From assembly GCA_045644605.1 (NCBI GenBank), contig JAZRHB010000068.1:1-59286 (forward strand): 59,286 nt of DNA, in the 5' to 3' direction. The position numbers were made by a program, and so were the translations under genes. The DNA comes from Clostridia bacterium. GTDB taxonomy: Bacteria > Bacillota > Clostridia > RUG12999. Under the pieces are notes generated by a model, which worked only from the letters and a program-made list of their open reading frames with translations, ran no database searches and was not told the origin of the DNA. Positions 40,128 through 49,012 of this stretch are shown here, one piece after another. Within the stretch, counting starts at the first letter, position 1, and every line of letters starts with the position of its first letter.

Positions 40128-40469
40128 TTATTCCTTTATGCTTTCTATAAGGCTTATAATATTTTCGGTTTCGGTATCTTTTTCCATTTTGCCTACCTTA
40201 TCTATAAGTACACCCAGCGCTGATGCAAGCTGATTTAGCGGTGCCGCCTTAATTTTTTCTGATTTTGAAAGCTCGTCCATATACATATTAATAATTTCCA
40301 TTGCTTTTATCCGGCATTTTGCATCAAATTTTTCGGGGGAATATTCATCAATCAGTTTTTTTACGCTTTGCACCGAAACTTTGTTTCGTTTTGCAGTTTC
40401 CTCGCAGGATTTTGTTTCTTTGTAATCACCCAGTATTTTTTCCTTTTTTATCTCCGACAGTTTCGGCAA
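40128..40469 (-). CDS. Small hypothetical protein with an HTH-like N-terminus
   Basis: 113 aa. CEETAKRNKVSVQSVKKLIDEY looks like an HTH. TTG start 40469 lies 8 nt after GGAG. Overlaps the upstream gene by 22 nt. Confidence 0.5.
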   Translation of the reverse strand: MPKLSEIKKEKILGDYKETKSCEETAKRNKVSVQSVKKLIDEYSPEKFDAKCRIKAMEIINMYMDELSKSEKIKAAPLNQLASALGVLIDKVGKMEKDTETENIISLIESIKE

Positions 40470-40870
40470 TTTCTTTTCTCCTCTCTTCCGAAAATGTTAT
40501 ATCTTATGTAATCTCCATTTTTCATACACTCTTCAAGTATATCGCACACAATCTTTTTACTTCTCCCAAGCTGAGCACATATATTTTCAACACCCGACCC
40601 TTCAAAATAGTATCTGCATACAAGCATTTTTGTATCGTCTGTAACAGGATTCGGGTTTGTAGGTTTTTTGCGCGAAAACATAAGCAAATCCGTTATATGC
40701 TTTTTCTTCAGTTTTAAATTCAGCATTTTTGCCATTTTCAGAAACTGCGGTGCCGATATATCAAGATCCGCCATTATTGTTTCGATGGGAATTACTCCAA
40801 AATATTTTTTCATGTACGCAAACTCTGTTTTTGTGGGAACAAATCCACGTCTTTTCATTCTGAGCTCCAT
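40448..40870 (-). CDS. Hypothetical protein with two HTH-like segments
   Basis: I prefer the start MELRMKRRG at 40870 because it lies 6 nt after AAGGAGAG. The track start at 40978 (GTG) has no SD. Confidence 0.5.
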   Translation of the reverse strand: MELRMKRRGFVPTKTEFAYMKKYFGVIPIETIMADLDISAPQFLKMAKMLNLKLKKKHITDLLMFSRKKPTNPNPVTDDTKMLVCRYYFEGSGVENICAQLGRSKKIVCDILEECMKNGDYIRYNIFGREEKRNCRNCRR

Positions 40871-41071
40871 AATAATCTCTCCTTCATAAGGGCTGCTTTT
40901 CTTCATTTCTTTGCCCGATGTCATATCCATCAAAGCTGCTGTAATCTTCATCTTTGTTTTCATCACAAACAAAAGCACCGCCTGTTATCCACAAATCCAG
41001 ATGGCGCTCAAGTTTATTCCGCTCTGAAATATTTATTATGGGTTTTTCCTCCTTTTTTATCTCGCACCGAG

Positions 41072-41112
41072 ATTATATCACACATATTGCTACTCGTCAA
41101 TAGGTAAATTGA
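41072..41112 (-). promoter_or_regulatory. Promoter of the two-gene HTH unit carrying the same 17-nt motif
   Basis: Minus strand: TTGACG (41100-41095), 17-nt spacer, TATAAT (41077-41072). Motif gtcaataggtaaattga at 41096-41112. Confidence 0.5.
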
Positions 41113-41130
41113 AAAATATCTCATTTTGTG

Positions 41131-41772
41131 TTATTCTTTGACGAAATCTCCGTTAAAATTGGCATATGTGTCGGGAACTGATCCTACAAGTACCACCTGT
41201 GCAACCGGAATTGTACGATTTACATTTACTGCAGTCCGGAAAGGAATGGCACTTACCATCATTTCCGCTTCTATTATTATATTAACCGAAAATTTTGTCT
41301 GATTTATTCCCGCACTAACAAAACCGTCTTCAAATTTAACCAGAACATTGGGGGATGGCGAAATTTTTACGGGCAGCTTCGGTCCGAAACCCATAATTGT
41401 GCGCATACCCAGAATATTTGCAACAGAAAGTGTTATGTAATACTGATTATTTGCACGCAGGCTTTCAATGATGCGGGCAGAAATTTCGCTTTGCATATTA
41501 TTTATAAGTGCCGAATCCGTGCTTACCGCAGCTATTTTCCCTTCGTTATCATATTCTTTTATTATAGTATCGGAATATGTTCTGCCGCCATCCGCACTTA
41601 CTTCAGCTATGACTTTATTGATTATATAGGTAGCTTCAAGCCGGGCTTTACTTGCCGCAAGAGAATTAAAAAGTGTCCCGACCCGAACCGCAAGCACCAC
41701 CATAATAAGAGCTGTTATAAGAAAAAAAATTATGAATTTCATTTTCCTTCTTTTTTTTGCAAAAACTCTCAA
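41131..41772 (-). CDS. yunB: Sporulation protein YunB
   Basis: N-terminal TM segment, then a YunB-like body (ATYIINKVI...NILGMRT...PVKISP...VNIIIEAEM). TTG start lies 9 nt after GGGGGA. Confidence 0.8.
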   Translation of the reverse strand: MRVFAKKRRKMKFIIFFLITALIMVVLAVRVGTLFNSLAASKARLEATYIINKVIAEVSADGGRTYSDTIIKEYDNEGKIAAVSTDSALINNMQSEISARIIESLRANNQYYITLSVANILGMRTIMGFGPKLPVKISPSPNVLVKFEDGFVSAGINQTKFSVNIIIEAEMMVSAIPFRTAVNVNRTIPVAQVVLVGSVPDTYANFNGDFVKE

Positions 41773-41895
41773 TTTTCGTCATCCCCCATAAAATATTATA
41801 TGTTTTTGGACATTTTTTTGTGAAAAACATCTTGACAACGCACTAAAGCTGGTATATAATGAAGTGTATAAATGATGTAATAGGGGGCGTGCACT

Positions 41896-42534
41896 TTGTC
41901 AACTCAACCCTCCGAATGCAACCTTGAGATATCAGAATTAAGTGATATTGAACTTGTAACGGAGGCGCGCAGCGGGAATAATGATGCTTTTGAAATTTTG
42001 ATTTCTCGCTATAAACCAAGCATAACAGCAAAGGCAAAAACGTATTTTTTACGCGGTGCCGACAGGGAGGATATAATCCAGGAAGGACTTATCGGTCTTG
42101 TTAAAGCCATAAGGGACTTTAAAAGTGACAGGACCTGCGGTTTTCGGGCATTTGCGGAGCTTTGCATAACGCGCCAGATCATCACGGCAATCAAGACAGC
42201 AACAAGGCAAAAACACATTCCGCTTAATTCTTATGTTTCACTCTATAACAACGAGTCAAGCGGCGAAGGCGAACGAATGCTTATTGATTTGATTGAAGGC
42301 GACTCCAGTCTTAATCCCGAAGAATATATGATTATAAGCGAAAGCTATAAAGGGATTGACGATAAGCTTCTTAAAATTTTAAGCAAGTTTGAACGGATTG
42401 TCCTTGAACACTATATTTCCGGCAAAAGCTATGTTGAAATTGCCGAGGTTGTCGGAAAGCCCGTCAAATCAATTGATAATGCACTCCAGCGTATCAAGCA
42501 CAAGCTTGAAAAATCACCTATTGCTAACTCATAA
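41896..42534 (+). CDS. sigH: Sporulation-initiation sigma factor SigH
   Basis: DREDIIQEGLIGLVKAIRDF...FAELCITRQIITAIKTATRQKHIPLN...SYVEIAEVVGKPVKSIDNALQRIK. TTG start lies 8 nt after GGGGG. Confidence 0.9.
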   Translation: MSTQPSECNLEISELSDIELVTEARSGNNDAFEILISRYKPSITAKAKTYFLRGADREDIIQEGLIGLVKAIRDFKSDRTCGFRAFAELCITRQIITAIKTATRQKHIPLNSYVSLYNNESSGEGERMLIDLIEGDSSLNPEEYMIISESYKGIDDKLLKILSKFERIVLEHYISGKSYVEIAEVVGKPVKSIDNALQRIKHKLEKSPIANS

Positions 42535-42653
42535 GGTTATCAGGCAAATAGCCATAACAATATTATAAAGTCCATGAATCTTACGTATGTCGCGCTGCTT
42601 TTGGCAGGAGAATGGTTTGAGTCAGGATAAAAAACAAAGTGAGGGAAAACACA

Positions 42654-42926
42654 ATGTACGAAGACAAAACTTTAATTTGTAAGGACTGCGGAAACGAATT
42701 TGTATTCACAGCAGGCGAGCAGGAATTCTATGCTGAAAAAGGCTTCCAGAATGAACCGCTCAGATGTAAAGAATGCAGAGTTAATCGTAAAAACGCATTA
42801 AGAGGCGCAAGAGAAATGTTCACAATTACTTGTGCAGAATGCGGCGCAGAAGCTCAGGTTCCTTTCAAACCAAAGAATGACAAACCTGTATATTGCAGCG
42901 AATGTTTCGCAAAAAACAAAGAATAA
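42654..42926 (+). CDS. Small duplicated CxxC zinc-ribbon protein
   Basis: Two copies of the pattern CKDCGNEF.F...EQEFY..KGF...P..CKEC and CAECGAEA.VPF.P....PVYCSEC. Confidence 0.8.
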   Translation: MYEDKTLICKDCGNEFVFTAGEQEFYAEKGFQNEPLRCKECRVNRKNALRGAREMFTITCAECGAEAQVPFKPKNDKPVYCSECFAKNKE

Positions 42927-42935
42927 TTTCTTTAT

Positions 42936-42971
42936 AAAAAATACCGTTGCCGCAAGGCGACGGTATTTTTT
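42936..42971 (+). terminator. Intrinsic terminator
   Basis: ATACCGTTGCC-gcaa-GGCGACGGTAT followed by TTTTT. Confidence 0.8.
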
Positions 42972-42990
42972 AGTAAACGGAGGATACCCA

Positions 42991-43587
42991 ATGATTTCCA
43001 TTAAAGAAGCCATTTTGGTCGAAGGTAAATACGACAAAATTAAAGTTTCATCAATTTTTGACACCACCATTGTTTCACTTGGAGGGTTTGGCATATTTAC
43101 CAACAAGGAAAAACAAAAACTTATAGTGAAACTGGCAAAAAAACAAGGCATTATTATTTTAACCGATTCCGACAGAGCAGGTTTTTTGATAAGGAATTTT
43201 ATTTGTGGCATTGTTGATAATATCTATATAAAACATGCATATATTCCTCAACGTCCCGGCAAGGAAAGCCGGAAAAGCGAACCCTCAAAAGATGGTTTTT
43301 TAGGCGTTGAAGGCATTGACAATCAGACAATTATGGAAAGTATTCAAAACGCCGCAACCATAACCTTACCAAACGAAAATGAAAAAATCACAAAATCCGA
43401 TCTTTATGCACTTGGTTTTTGCGGGCGTAAGGACAGCAGTATTTTACGCAATAAACTTCTTCAGTTTCTGGATTTGCCAATTGGCATAACTGCCAATCCC
43501 CTGCTTTCAATCTTAAATGCACTTTACACCCCGGAAGAATTCGGAAAAATACTTGAGGAATTTGAAAAAAGTATTATATTGGAATAA
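42991..43587 (+). CDS. Toprim-domain protein (RNase M5-like)
   Basis: ILVEGKYDKIKV...IIILTDSDRAGFLIR. ATG 42991 follows GGAGGA. The track start at 42832 lies inside the previous gene and its terminator. Confidence 0.75.
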   Translation: MISIKEAILVEGKYDKIKVSSIFDTTIVSLGGFGIFTNKEKQKLIVKLAKKQGIIILTDSDRAGFLIRNFICGIVDNIYIKHAYIPQRPGKESRKSEPSKDGFLGVEGIDNQTIMESIQNAATITLPNENEKITKSDLYALGFCGRKDSSILRNKLLQFLDLPIGITANPLLSILNALYTPEEFGKILEEFEKSIILE

Positions 43588-43611
43588 TTTACATTTTTTC
43601 GACAAATACTA

Positions 43612-43640
43612 TTGCAATAATGACAAATTTAGTGTAAAAT
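43612..43640 (+). promoter_or_regulatory. Putative pfkA promoter
   Basis: TTGCAA, 17-nt spacer, TAAAAT. Confidence 0.5.
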
Positions 43641-43689
43641 ATTTATGCTCACTTTTTGGGGATAGCAAGAATACGGAGGATTTGCAAGT

Positions 43690-44880
43690 ATGGATAATTC
43701 AATAAAAAAAATCGGTATTATGACCGGCGGTGGGGACTGTCCGGGCCTTAATGCAGTAATTCGCGCGGTAACAACAACCGCAATCAACAAATACGGCCTT
43801 GAAGTTGTTGGTATCAAAAACGGCTACAGAGGTCTGTATCTTGGCGAATCACAGATGATTCCTCTTACTATCGACAGTGTAGAGGGGATTATCGGCAAAG
43901 GTGGTACCATTCTTTATAATTCAAATAAGGACAACCTTTTTAAATACCCAAGAAGAAATAAAGACGGTCTTGTTAAAGACGAAAACGGTAAAATTGTTTA
44001 CGATGATTTGTCCGATGTTGCAGTAAACAACCTTAAAATAAACGGAATCGACGCACTTGTTATAGTTGGCGGTGACGGTACACTTACATCAGGAAGAGAT
44101 TATTCCAACAAAGGTGTTAAAGTAATCGGTGTTCCGAAAACAATAGATAATGACCTTAACTCAACCGATGTTACATTTGGTTTTGACACAGCAGTTAACA
44201 GATGTGTTGATGCGATTGAATGTCTTAAAACAACAGGCGAAGCTCATCACCGTGTTATGATACTTGAAGTAATGGGACGTGATGCAGGACATATTGCCCT
44301 CAACACAGCTATCGCCTCAGGTGCAGACGTTGCGCTTATCCCCGAAATAGAATACGATATTGCAAACGTAGTTGAAAGAGTAAAAGCGTCTCTTCGCAGT
44401 GAAAAACAGTTCTCTGTTGTAGTTGTTGCGGAAGGCGCTCCAACACCGTCAGGTGCAGCAGCCGTTGGTATTACAACAGAATTTGCTCCTGATGGATATA
44501 AATATAAAGGCGTGGGCGACGCTGTTGCAAAAGAAATTGAAACAAGAATCAATTCCGACCGCGACGATAACGGATATGCGATTTCTGAAACTATTATGGA
44601 CGTTGAAGCACGCGCAACCGTAATCGGTCATATTTCAAGAGGTGGCAGCCCTTCATCTGCAGACAGAATTCTTTGCACAAGATACGGTTCTTATGCAGTT
44701 GACGCACTTATGAACGGCAAAAACAAACATATGGTAGCACTTAAACAGGGCGTGCTTACCGCAGTTCCGCTTAATGAAGTTATCCCCTCAAGCGATATGC
44801 ACAGCAATTTCAGACCCGTTGACCCTGACGGCGAACTGGTTAAACTTGCAAGAACAATGGGAATTTATGTAGGAGAATAA
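43690..44880 (+). CDS. pfkA: 6-phosphofructokinase (long PfkA-family form; GGDG motif suggests ATP dependence)
   Basis: IGIMTGGGDCPGLNAVIR, VIVGGDGTLTS, GVPKTIDNDL, EVMGRDAGHIAL. Confidence 0.88.
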   Translation: MDNSIKKIGIMTGGGDCPGLNAVIRAVTTTAINKYGLEVVGIKNGYRGLYLGESQMIPLTIDSVEGIIGKGGTILYNSNKDNLFKYPRRNKDGLVKDENGKIVYDDLSDVAVNNLKINGIDALVIVGGDGTLTSGRDYSNKGVKVIGVPKTIDNDLNSTDVTFGFDTAVNRCVDAIECLKTTGEAHHRVMILEVMGRDAGHIALNTAIASGADVALIPEIEYDIANVVERVKASLRSEKQFSVVVVAEGAPTPSGAAAVGITTEFAPDGYKYKGVGDAVAKEIETRINSDRDDNGYAISETIMDVEARATVIGHISRGGSPSSADRILCTRYGSYAVDALMNGKNKHMVALKQGVLTAVPLNEVIPSSDMHSNFRPVDPDGELVKLARTMGIYVGE

Positions 44881-45810
44881 ATGCTATATAAAGAATATTC
44901 AAAAGCTTTAGCAGACAAGTACGATGAAAAAGTGTACAAGCTTCCCGTTAATTTAGATGTAACCTGCCCAAACCGCGACGGAACAATCGGTTTGGGCGGT
45001 TGTGCTTATTGCGGAAGCTACGGTGCAGGATATGAAAGCCTTTCAAACACCTTATCTGCCAAAGAACAGTTAAAACTTAATATGCAATATATAGGCCCTA
45101 AATATAACGCCAAAAAATTTATTGCCTATTTTCAGAATTTTTCAAACACCTATATGCCGCCCAAAGATTTCCGCGAGGCGGTCCAGCAGGCTCGTATGGA
45201 AAACATTGTAGGAATTGACGTTTCCACACGTCCCGACTGCATTGCGCCTGAATATCTTGACATTCTCAAAGAAACCGAACTTGACATTTGTATAGAACTT
45301 GGACTGCAGACGGTAAATTATCATACTCTTAACGAAATCAACCGCGGTCACTCTCTTGCGGAATTTATTGATGCGGTGCTTATGGTAAAATCCTACGGTT
45401 TTGAGGTTTGCGCCCACGTAATTCTTGACTTTCCGCAGGACAGTATGGAAGACATAGTTGAATGTGCAAAAATTCTTTCCGCACTTAAAATTGATACTGT
45501 AAAACTGCACTCACTTTATATTGTAAAAGGTACGGCATTTGAAAAAATGTATGACGATGGCACTCTTAAACTTCTTTCGGCAGAGGATTATGTGGACAGA
45601 TGCGTGGCATTTTTGCGTCACCTCTCCTCTGATATTGCAATAGCACGAATTATCGGCAGAGCACCCGAAAAGGATACACGAATTGCTAATTTTGGTATGA
45701 GCTGGTGGAAAATAAAAGATATGATCCTTGAAAAAATGGAATCGGAAAATATTTATCAGGGTGATATGTGCACATACCTTGGCGGAAGTGCCGTCAGAAA
45801 ATTTTTATAA
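44881..45810 (+). CDS. TIGR01212-type radical SAM protein
   Basis: KLPVNLDVTCPNRDGTIGLGGCAYC plus IELGLQT. The start abuts the pfkA stop. Confidence 0.85.
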   Translation: MLYKEYSKALADKYDEKVYKLPVNLDVTCPNRDGTIGLGGCAYCGSYGAGYESLSNTLSAKEQLKLNMQYIGPKYNAKKFIAYFQNFSNTYMPPKDFREAVQQARMENIVGIDVSTRPDCIAPEYLDILKETELDICIELGLQTVNYHTLNEINRGHSLAEFIDAVLMVKSYGFEVCAHVILDFPQDSMEDIVECAKILSALKIDTVKLHSLYIVKGTAFEKMYDDGTLKLLSAEDYVDRCVAFLRHLSSDIAIARIIGRAPEKDTRIANFGMSWWKIKDMILEKMESENIYQGDMCTYLGGSAVRKFL

Positions 45811-45847
45811 TTCCGGAATAATTCTTGTAAATTTGGTTTAAAATATA

Positions 45848-45876
45848 TTGACAAACAAATTTTGTTGTGGTATAAT
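45848..45876 (+). promoter_or_regulatory. Consensus sigma-A promoter of the tRNA-Leu/tRNA-fMet operon
   Basis: TTGACA (45848-45853), 17-nt spacer, TATAAT (45871-45876). Confidence 0.75.
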
Positions 45877-45893
45877 AACAAAGTAGTTCACGA

Positions 45894-45982
45894 GCTGGAA
45901 TGGCGGAACTGGCAGACGCACAGGACTTAAAATCCTGCGGGATTTAACCCCCGTACCGGTTCGATTCCGGTTTCCAGCACCA
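45894..45982 (+). tRNA. tRNA-Leu (anticodon UAA), type II with a long variable arm, CCA encoded
   Basis: Acceptor GCTGGAA/TTCCAGC, anticodon arm CAGGA-CTTAAAA-TCCTG, T-arm ACCGG-TTCGATT-CCGGT. Confidence 0.93.
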
Positions 45983-45997
45983 CTACGAATTCAATAT

Positions 45998-46074
<77 letters not shown>

Positions 46075-46078
46075 AAAT

Positions 46079-46110
46079 GAAAAAGGCAGATGCGAAAGCA
46101 TCTGCTTTTT
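46079..46110 (+). terminator. Terminator of the tRNA operon (copy 1 of a duplicated hairpin)
   Basis: AAAAAGGCAGATGC-gaaa-GCATCTGCTTTTT. Confidence 0.8.
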
Positions 46111-46115
46111 CGTTT

Positions 46116-46190
46116 TCGTAGGGTTGGTTTGAGTCAGTGACCGTAGGGTTATGAGCCCGCAGGGCGAATAACCTGCTTTGCTGCCGAGCG
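46116..46190 (-). pseudogene. Inverted, degenerate tRNA-fMet-like fragment
   Basis: gggttatgagcccg (46146-46159) is the exact reverse complement of the tRNA anticodon arm (46026-46039). Flanks weakly match the T-arm and D-arm. No foldable cloverleaf. Confidence 0.5.
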
Positions 46191-46270
46191 CTCGCAGTGC
46201 GAGATGAAGCGAGGCGGAAAAGGGGCAGCGGTCGACAAAATCGAGAGTGGCTCTGCCGCGCGAATATTTT

Positions 46271-46322
46271 GTCGGGCACCGCAACCCGATAGGAGCCCAT
46301 TCAAATCCGGCCCCGTGAGCCA
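46271..46322 (+). pseudogene. Direct partial copy of the tRNA-fMet 3' two-thirds
   Basis: gtcggg-caccgcaa-cccga...ttcaaatccggcccc-gtgagcca aligns with 46024-46074. The anticodon loop is destroyed and there is no 5' half. Confidence 0.6.
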
Positions 46323-46357
46323 AAATGAAAAAGGCAGATGCAAGCATCTGCCTTTTT
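46323..46357. terminator. Copy 2 of the duplicated terminator; also ends the convergent acyl-CoA synthetase gene
   Basis: ccaaaatgaaaaaggcagatgc is identical to 46072-46093. The stem is GGCAGATGC/GCATCTGCC with A and T tracts on both sides. Confidence 0.75.
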
Positions 46358-46366
46358 CATTTTTTA

Positions 46367-48670
46367 TTACTGTCCTACTTTTTTAAGGTCGTTATTTCTG
46401 ATTTCCACACGTCTTACTTTACCGCTGATTGTTTTTGGAAGTTCATCCACAAAATCAACAATTCTCGGGTATTTATAAGGCGCGGTATGTGTTTTAACAT
46501 ATTCCTGAATTTCTTTTTTAAGTTCATCTGTACCGTTTGTTCCTTTAGTAAGAACAATTGTTGCTTTTACAATCTGTCCGCGGACTTCATCGGGAACGGC
46601 TGTGATTGCACATTCAAGAACATACGGAAGTTCCATGATAACGCTTTCAATTTCAAATGGTCCGATACGGTATCCCGATGATTTGATTACATCATCGATA
46701 CGTCCTACATACCAGAGGTAACCATCTTCGTCCATTGTTGCCTGGTCGCCTGTATGGTAGTATCCATCGTACCATACATCTTTTGTTTTTTCATCATCCT
46801 GATAATATCCGGTAAAGAGTCCGCACGGAACATTTTCACTTGTGCGTACACAAATTTCACCGGTATCCCCTATCTGACATTCGTTTCCGTCAGCATCAAG
46901 AAGTACAACATCATAAAGCGGACTTGGTTTACCCATTGAGCCGATTTTTGGCGTTGAACCGACAAAGTTTGCAATTGAAAGTGTTGTTTCTGTCTGTCCG
47001 AAGCCTTCCATAATTTTAAGTCCCGTTGCTTTATAGAACTGATTATAAACTTCGGGGTTAAGTGCTTCGCCCGCAGTTGTTGCATATTCAATAGAAGAAA
47101 GGTCGTATTTTGACAAATCTTCTTTTATGAAGAAACGATACATTGTAGGCGGTGCACAGAATGTTGTGATATTATATTTCTTAAAGAGCGGCAGAATATC
47201 ATCCGGATGGAAGCGGTCGAAATCGTATGTGAAAACTCCCGCTTCGCAAAGCCACTGACCGTAAAGCTTACCCCAGAGTGCTTTACCCCAACCAGTATCA
47301 GAAATTGTGAAATGAAGTCCGTCCGGATTTACGTTGTGCCAGTGTTTTGCAGTCGGATAATGACCGAGTGCATATTTATATGAATGTGTTGCGATACGCG
47401 GATATCCTGTTGTACCGGAGGTGAACAGCATAAGCATCGGATCATTTCCGCACGGAGTATTTTCGGCACGATCAAAATGAGTGCTGAAACGTTCCATTTC
47501 AACATTGTAATTGTACCAGCCTTCTTTTTCGCCGCCAACAAGGATTTTAAGCATATCCGGGAATGCTGCTGCCGCTTTTTCCGCTTCGGCAGAAACATCG
47601 CCATCAGCAGTACATACAATTGCTTTTACGCCTGCCGCTTTGTATCTGTATTCAAAATCGTGTTCAACAAGCTGATTTGTTGCAGGAATTGCAATTGCAC
47701 CGATTTTATGAAGTGCAAGCATACAGAACCAGAACTGGTAATGACGTTTGAGCACAAGCATAACCGTGTCGCCTTTTTTGATTCCGAGCGATTCAAAATA
47801 GTTTGCTGTTTTTGCAGAATATTTTTTCATATCGCTGAATGTAAATCGGCGGTCGGTTTTATCGTTTGCAACCCACAGCATAGCAGTTTTATCGGGTGTT
47901 TTCTTTGCAATAGCGTCTACGCAATCAAATGCAAAATTGAACTTATCATCATTTTTAAATGTAATTCCGTTAAATACGCCATTTTCATCATATGTTGATG
48001 TGATAAAATCATCCGCAACTGTTTTTGATGTTTTCTTCTCAGCCAGTTTCACTTTTTCCACAACATACGGTGTTTCGGGATATTCTTCGCTGAAATGTCC
48101 GTCCTGCGGATTAAGTACAACGGCGTGGAATTCACATCCGTCTTCACTTGCGGCAATCATTCCGTGTGGGATGATACTGTTATAGAAAATTGAATCTCCT
48201 TCGTTAAGGATATCAACATGATTACCTATCTGTACTTTGAGTGAACCTTTAACAATAACGTCAAATTCCTGACCGTTATGAGATGCAAGCTTAATAGGTG
48301 CATTCTGTTCTTCTTCGATATAAGGGAATTTAACAAGAAACGGTTCTGCAAGCTTGCCTTTGAATTTTGGTGCAAGGTTGTTATAAACAGCGCCCTGTTT
48401 TTTAAGAATTTTGATACCTTCGCCTTTTCTGGTGATGTTAAAGGCTGTAAGGGTTGTGCTTGTTCCTTCAAGAAGGTCAACAACTTCAACACCGCACGCT
48501 TTGGCGCATTTGTAAATGAATGTGAATGTAAAATCCGTTTCGCCTTCTTCAAGAACTTTGTAGTCCTCTACCGATACTCCCGTAAGTTTTGCAAGCTCTT
48601 CGGGAGTATAGCCTTTTGCTTCGCGCAGGTCTTTGATTCTTCCTGCAACCTCTTTCAAATTGTAGTCCAT
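46367..48670 (-). CDS. Fusion protein: XRE HTH, cupin, and medium-chain-type acyl-CoA synthetase (ANL superfamily)
   Basis: HTH LREAKGYTPEELAKLTGVSVEDY. Cupin GQEFDVIVKGSL...GDSIFYNSIIPHG. ANL motifs TSGTTGYPR, DTGWGKALWG, YYHTGD, GRIDDVIKSSGYRIGPFEIES, PKTISGKVRR. Confidence 0.85.
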   Translation of the reverse strand: MDYNLKEVAGRIKDLREAKGYTPEELAKLTGVSVEDYKVLEEGETDFTFTFIYKCAKACGVEVVDLLEGTSTTLTAFNITRKGEGIKILKKQGAVYNNLAPKFKGKLAEPFLVKFPYIEEEQNAPIKLASHNGQEFDVIVKGSLKVQIGNHVDILNEGDSIFYNSIIPHGMIAASEDGCEFHAVVLNPQDGHFSEEYPETPYVVEKVKLAEKKTSKTVADDFITSTYDENGVFNGITFKNDDKFNFAFDCVDAIAKKTPDKTAMLWVANDKTDRRFTFSDMKKYSAKTANYFESLGIKKGDTVMLVLKRHYQFWFCMLALHKIGAIAIPATNQLVEHDFEYRYKAAGVKAIVCTADGDVSAEAEKAAAAFPDMLKILVGGEKEGWYNYNVEMERFSTHFDRAENTPCGNDPMLMLFTSGTTGYPRIATHSYKYALGHYPTAKHWHNVNPDGLHFTISDTGWGKALWGKLYGQWLCEAGVFTYDFDRFHPDDILPLFKKYNITTFCAPPTMYRFFIKEDLSKYDLSSIEYATTAGEALNPEVYNQFYKATGLKIMEGFGQTETTLSIANFVGSTPKIGSMGKPSPLYDVVLLDADGNECQIGDTGEICVRTSENVPCGLFTGYYQDDEKTKDVWYDGYYHTGDQATMDEDGYLWYVGRIDDVIKSSGYRIGPFEIESVIMELPYVLECAITAVPDEVRGQIVKATIVLTKGTNGTDELKKEIQEYVKTHTAPYKYPRIVDFVDELPKTISGKVRRVEIRNNDLKKVGQ

Positions 48671-48724
48671 ATTTTTTGCTCCTTTCTTTTCCGCCGCGTA
48701 TTTTTACGCCGACACGGATTTGAA

Positions 48725-49006
48725 TAAAACAAAAAACCCGCCTCAAATTTTGAGACGGGTTGTAATCAACTCGCGGTACCACTCAAATTGCGAATATAAA
48801 AATTCGCCACTTACCAGGCTCTATCAAGCCCTTGCTTTAACGCAGCTTTACGGAAGGAGTCTACTTGGCTTCTCGCTTTTCGGTCCTCCAACTCAGAAGT
48901 GATGGGTCATTGGAAAGCTTCCCCATTGGCTTGCACCAACCGCCAACTCTCTTTAGGTTTCACACTCCGACCGTCTTCGTCATAGTTGTTTTGTGATATT
49001 CAAATT
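48725..49006 (-). promoter_or_regulatory. T-box riboswitch leader (candidate specifier AUC, Ile)
   Basis: Stem I at 48973-48881 with an AGAGAG bay and a GGUUGGUGCAA distal loop. Stem III at 48807-48790. T-box core AAUUUGAGUGGUACCGCGAG at 48789-48770. The antiterminator competes with the terminator. Confidence 0.85.
48731..48762 (-). terminator. T-box expression-platform terminator
   Basis: AACCCGUCUCAAA/UUUGAGGCGGGUU followed by UUUUUU. Its 5' arm (CUCAAA) pairs alternatively with the T-box UUUGAG. Confidence 0.85.
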
Positions 49007-49012
49007 ACTATC

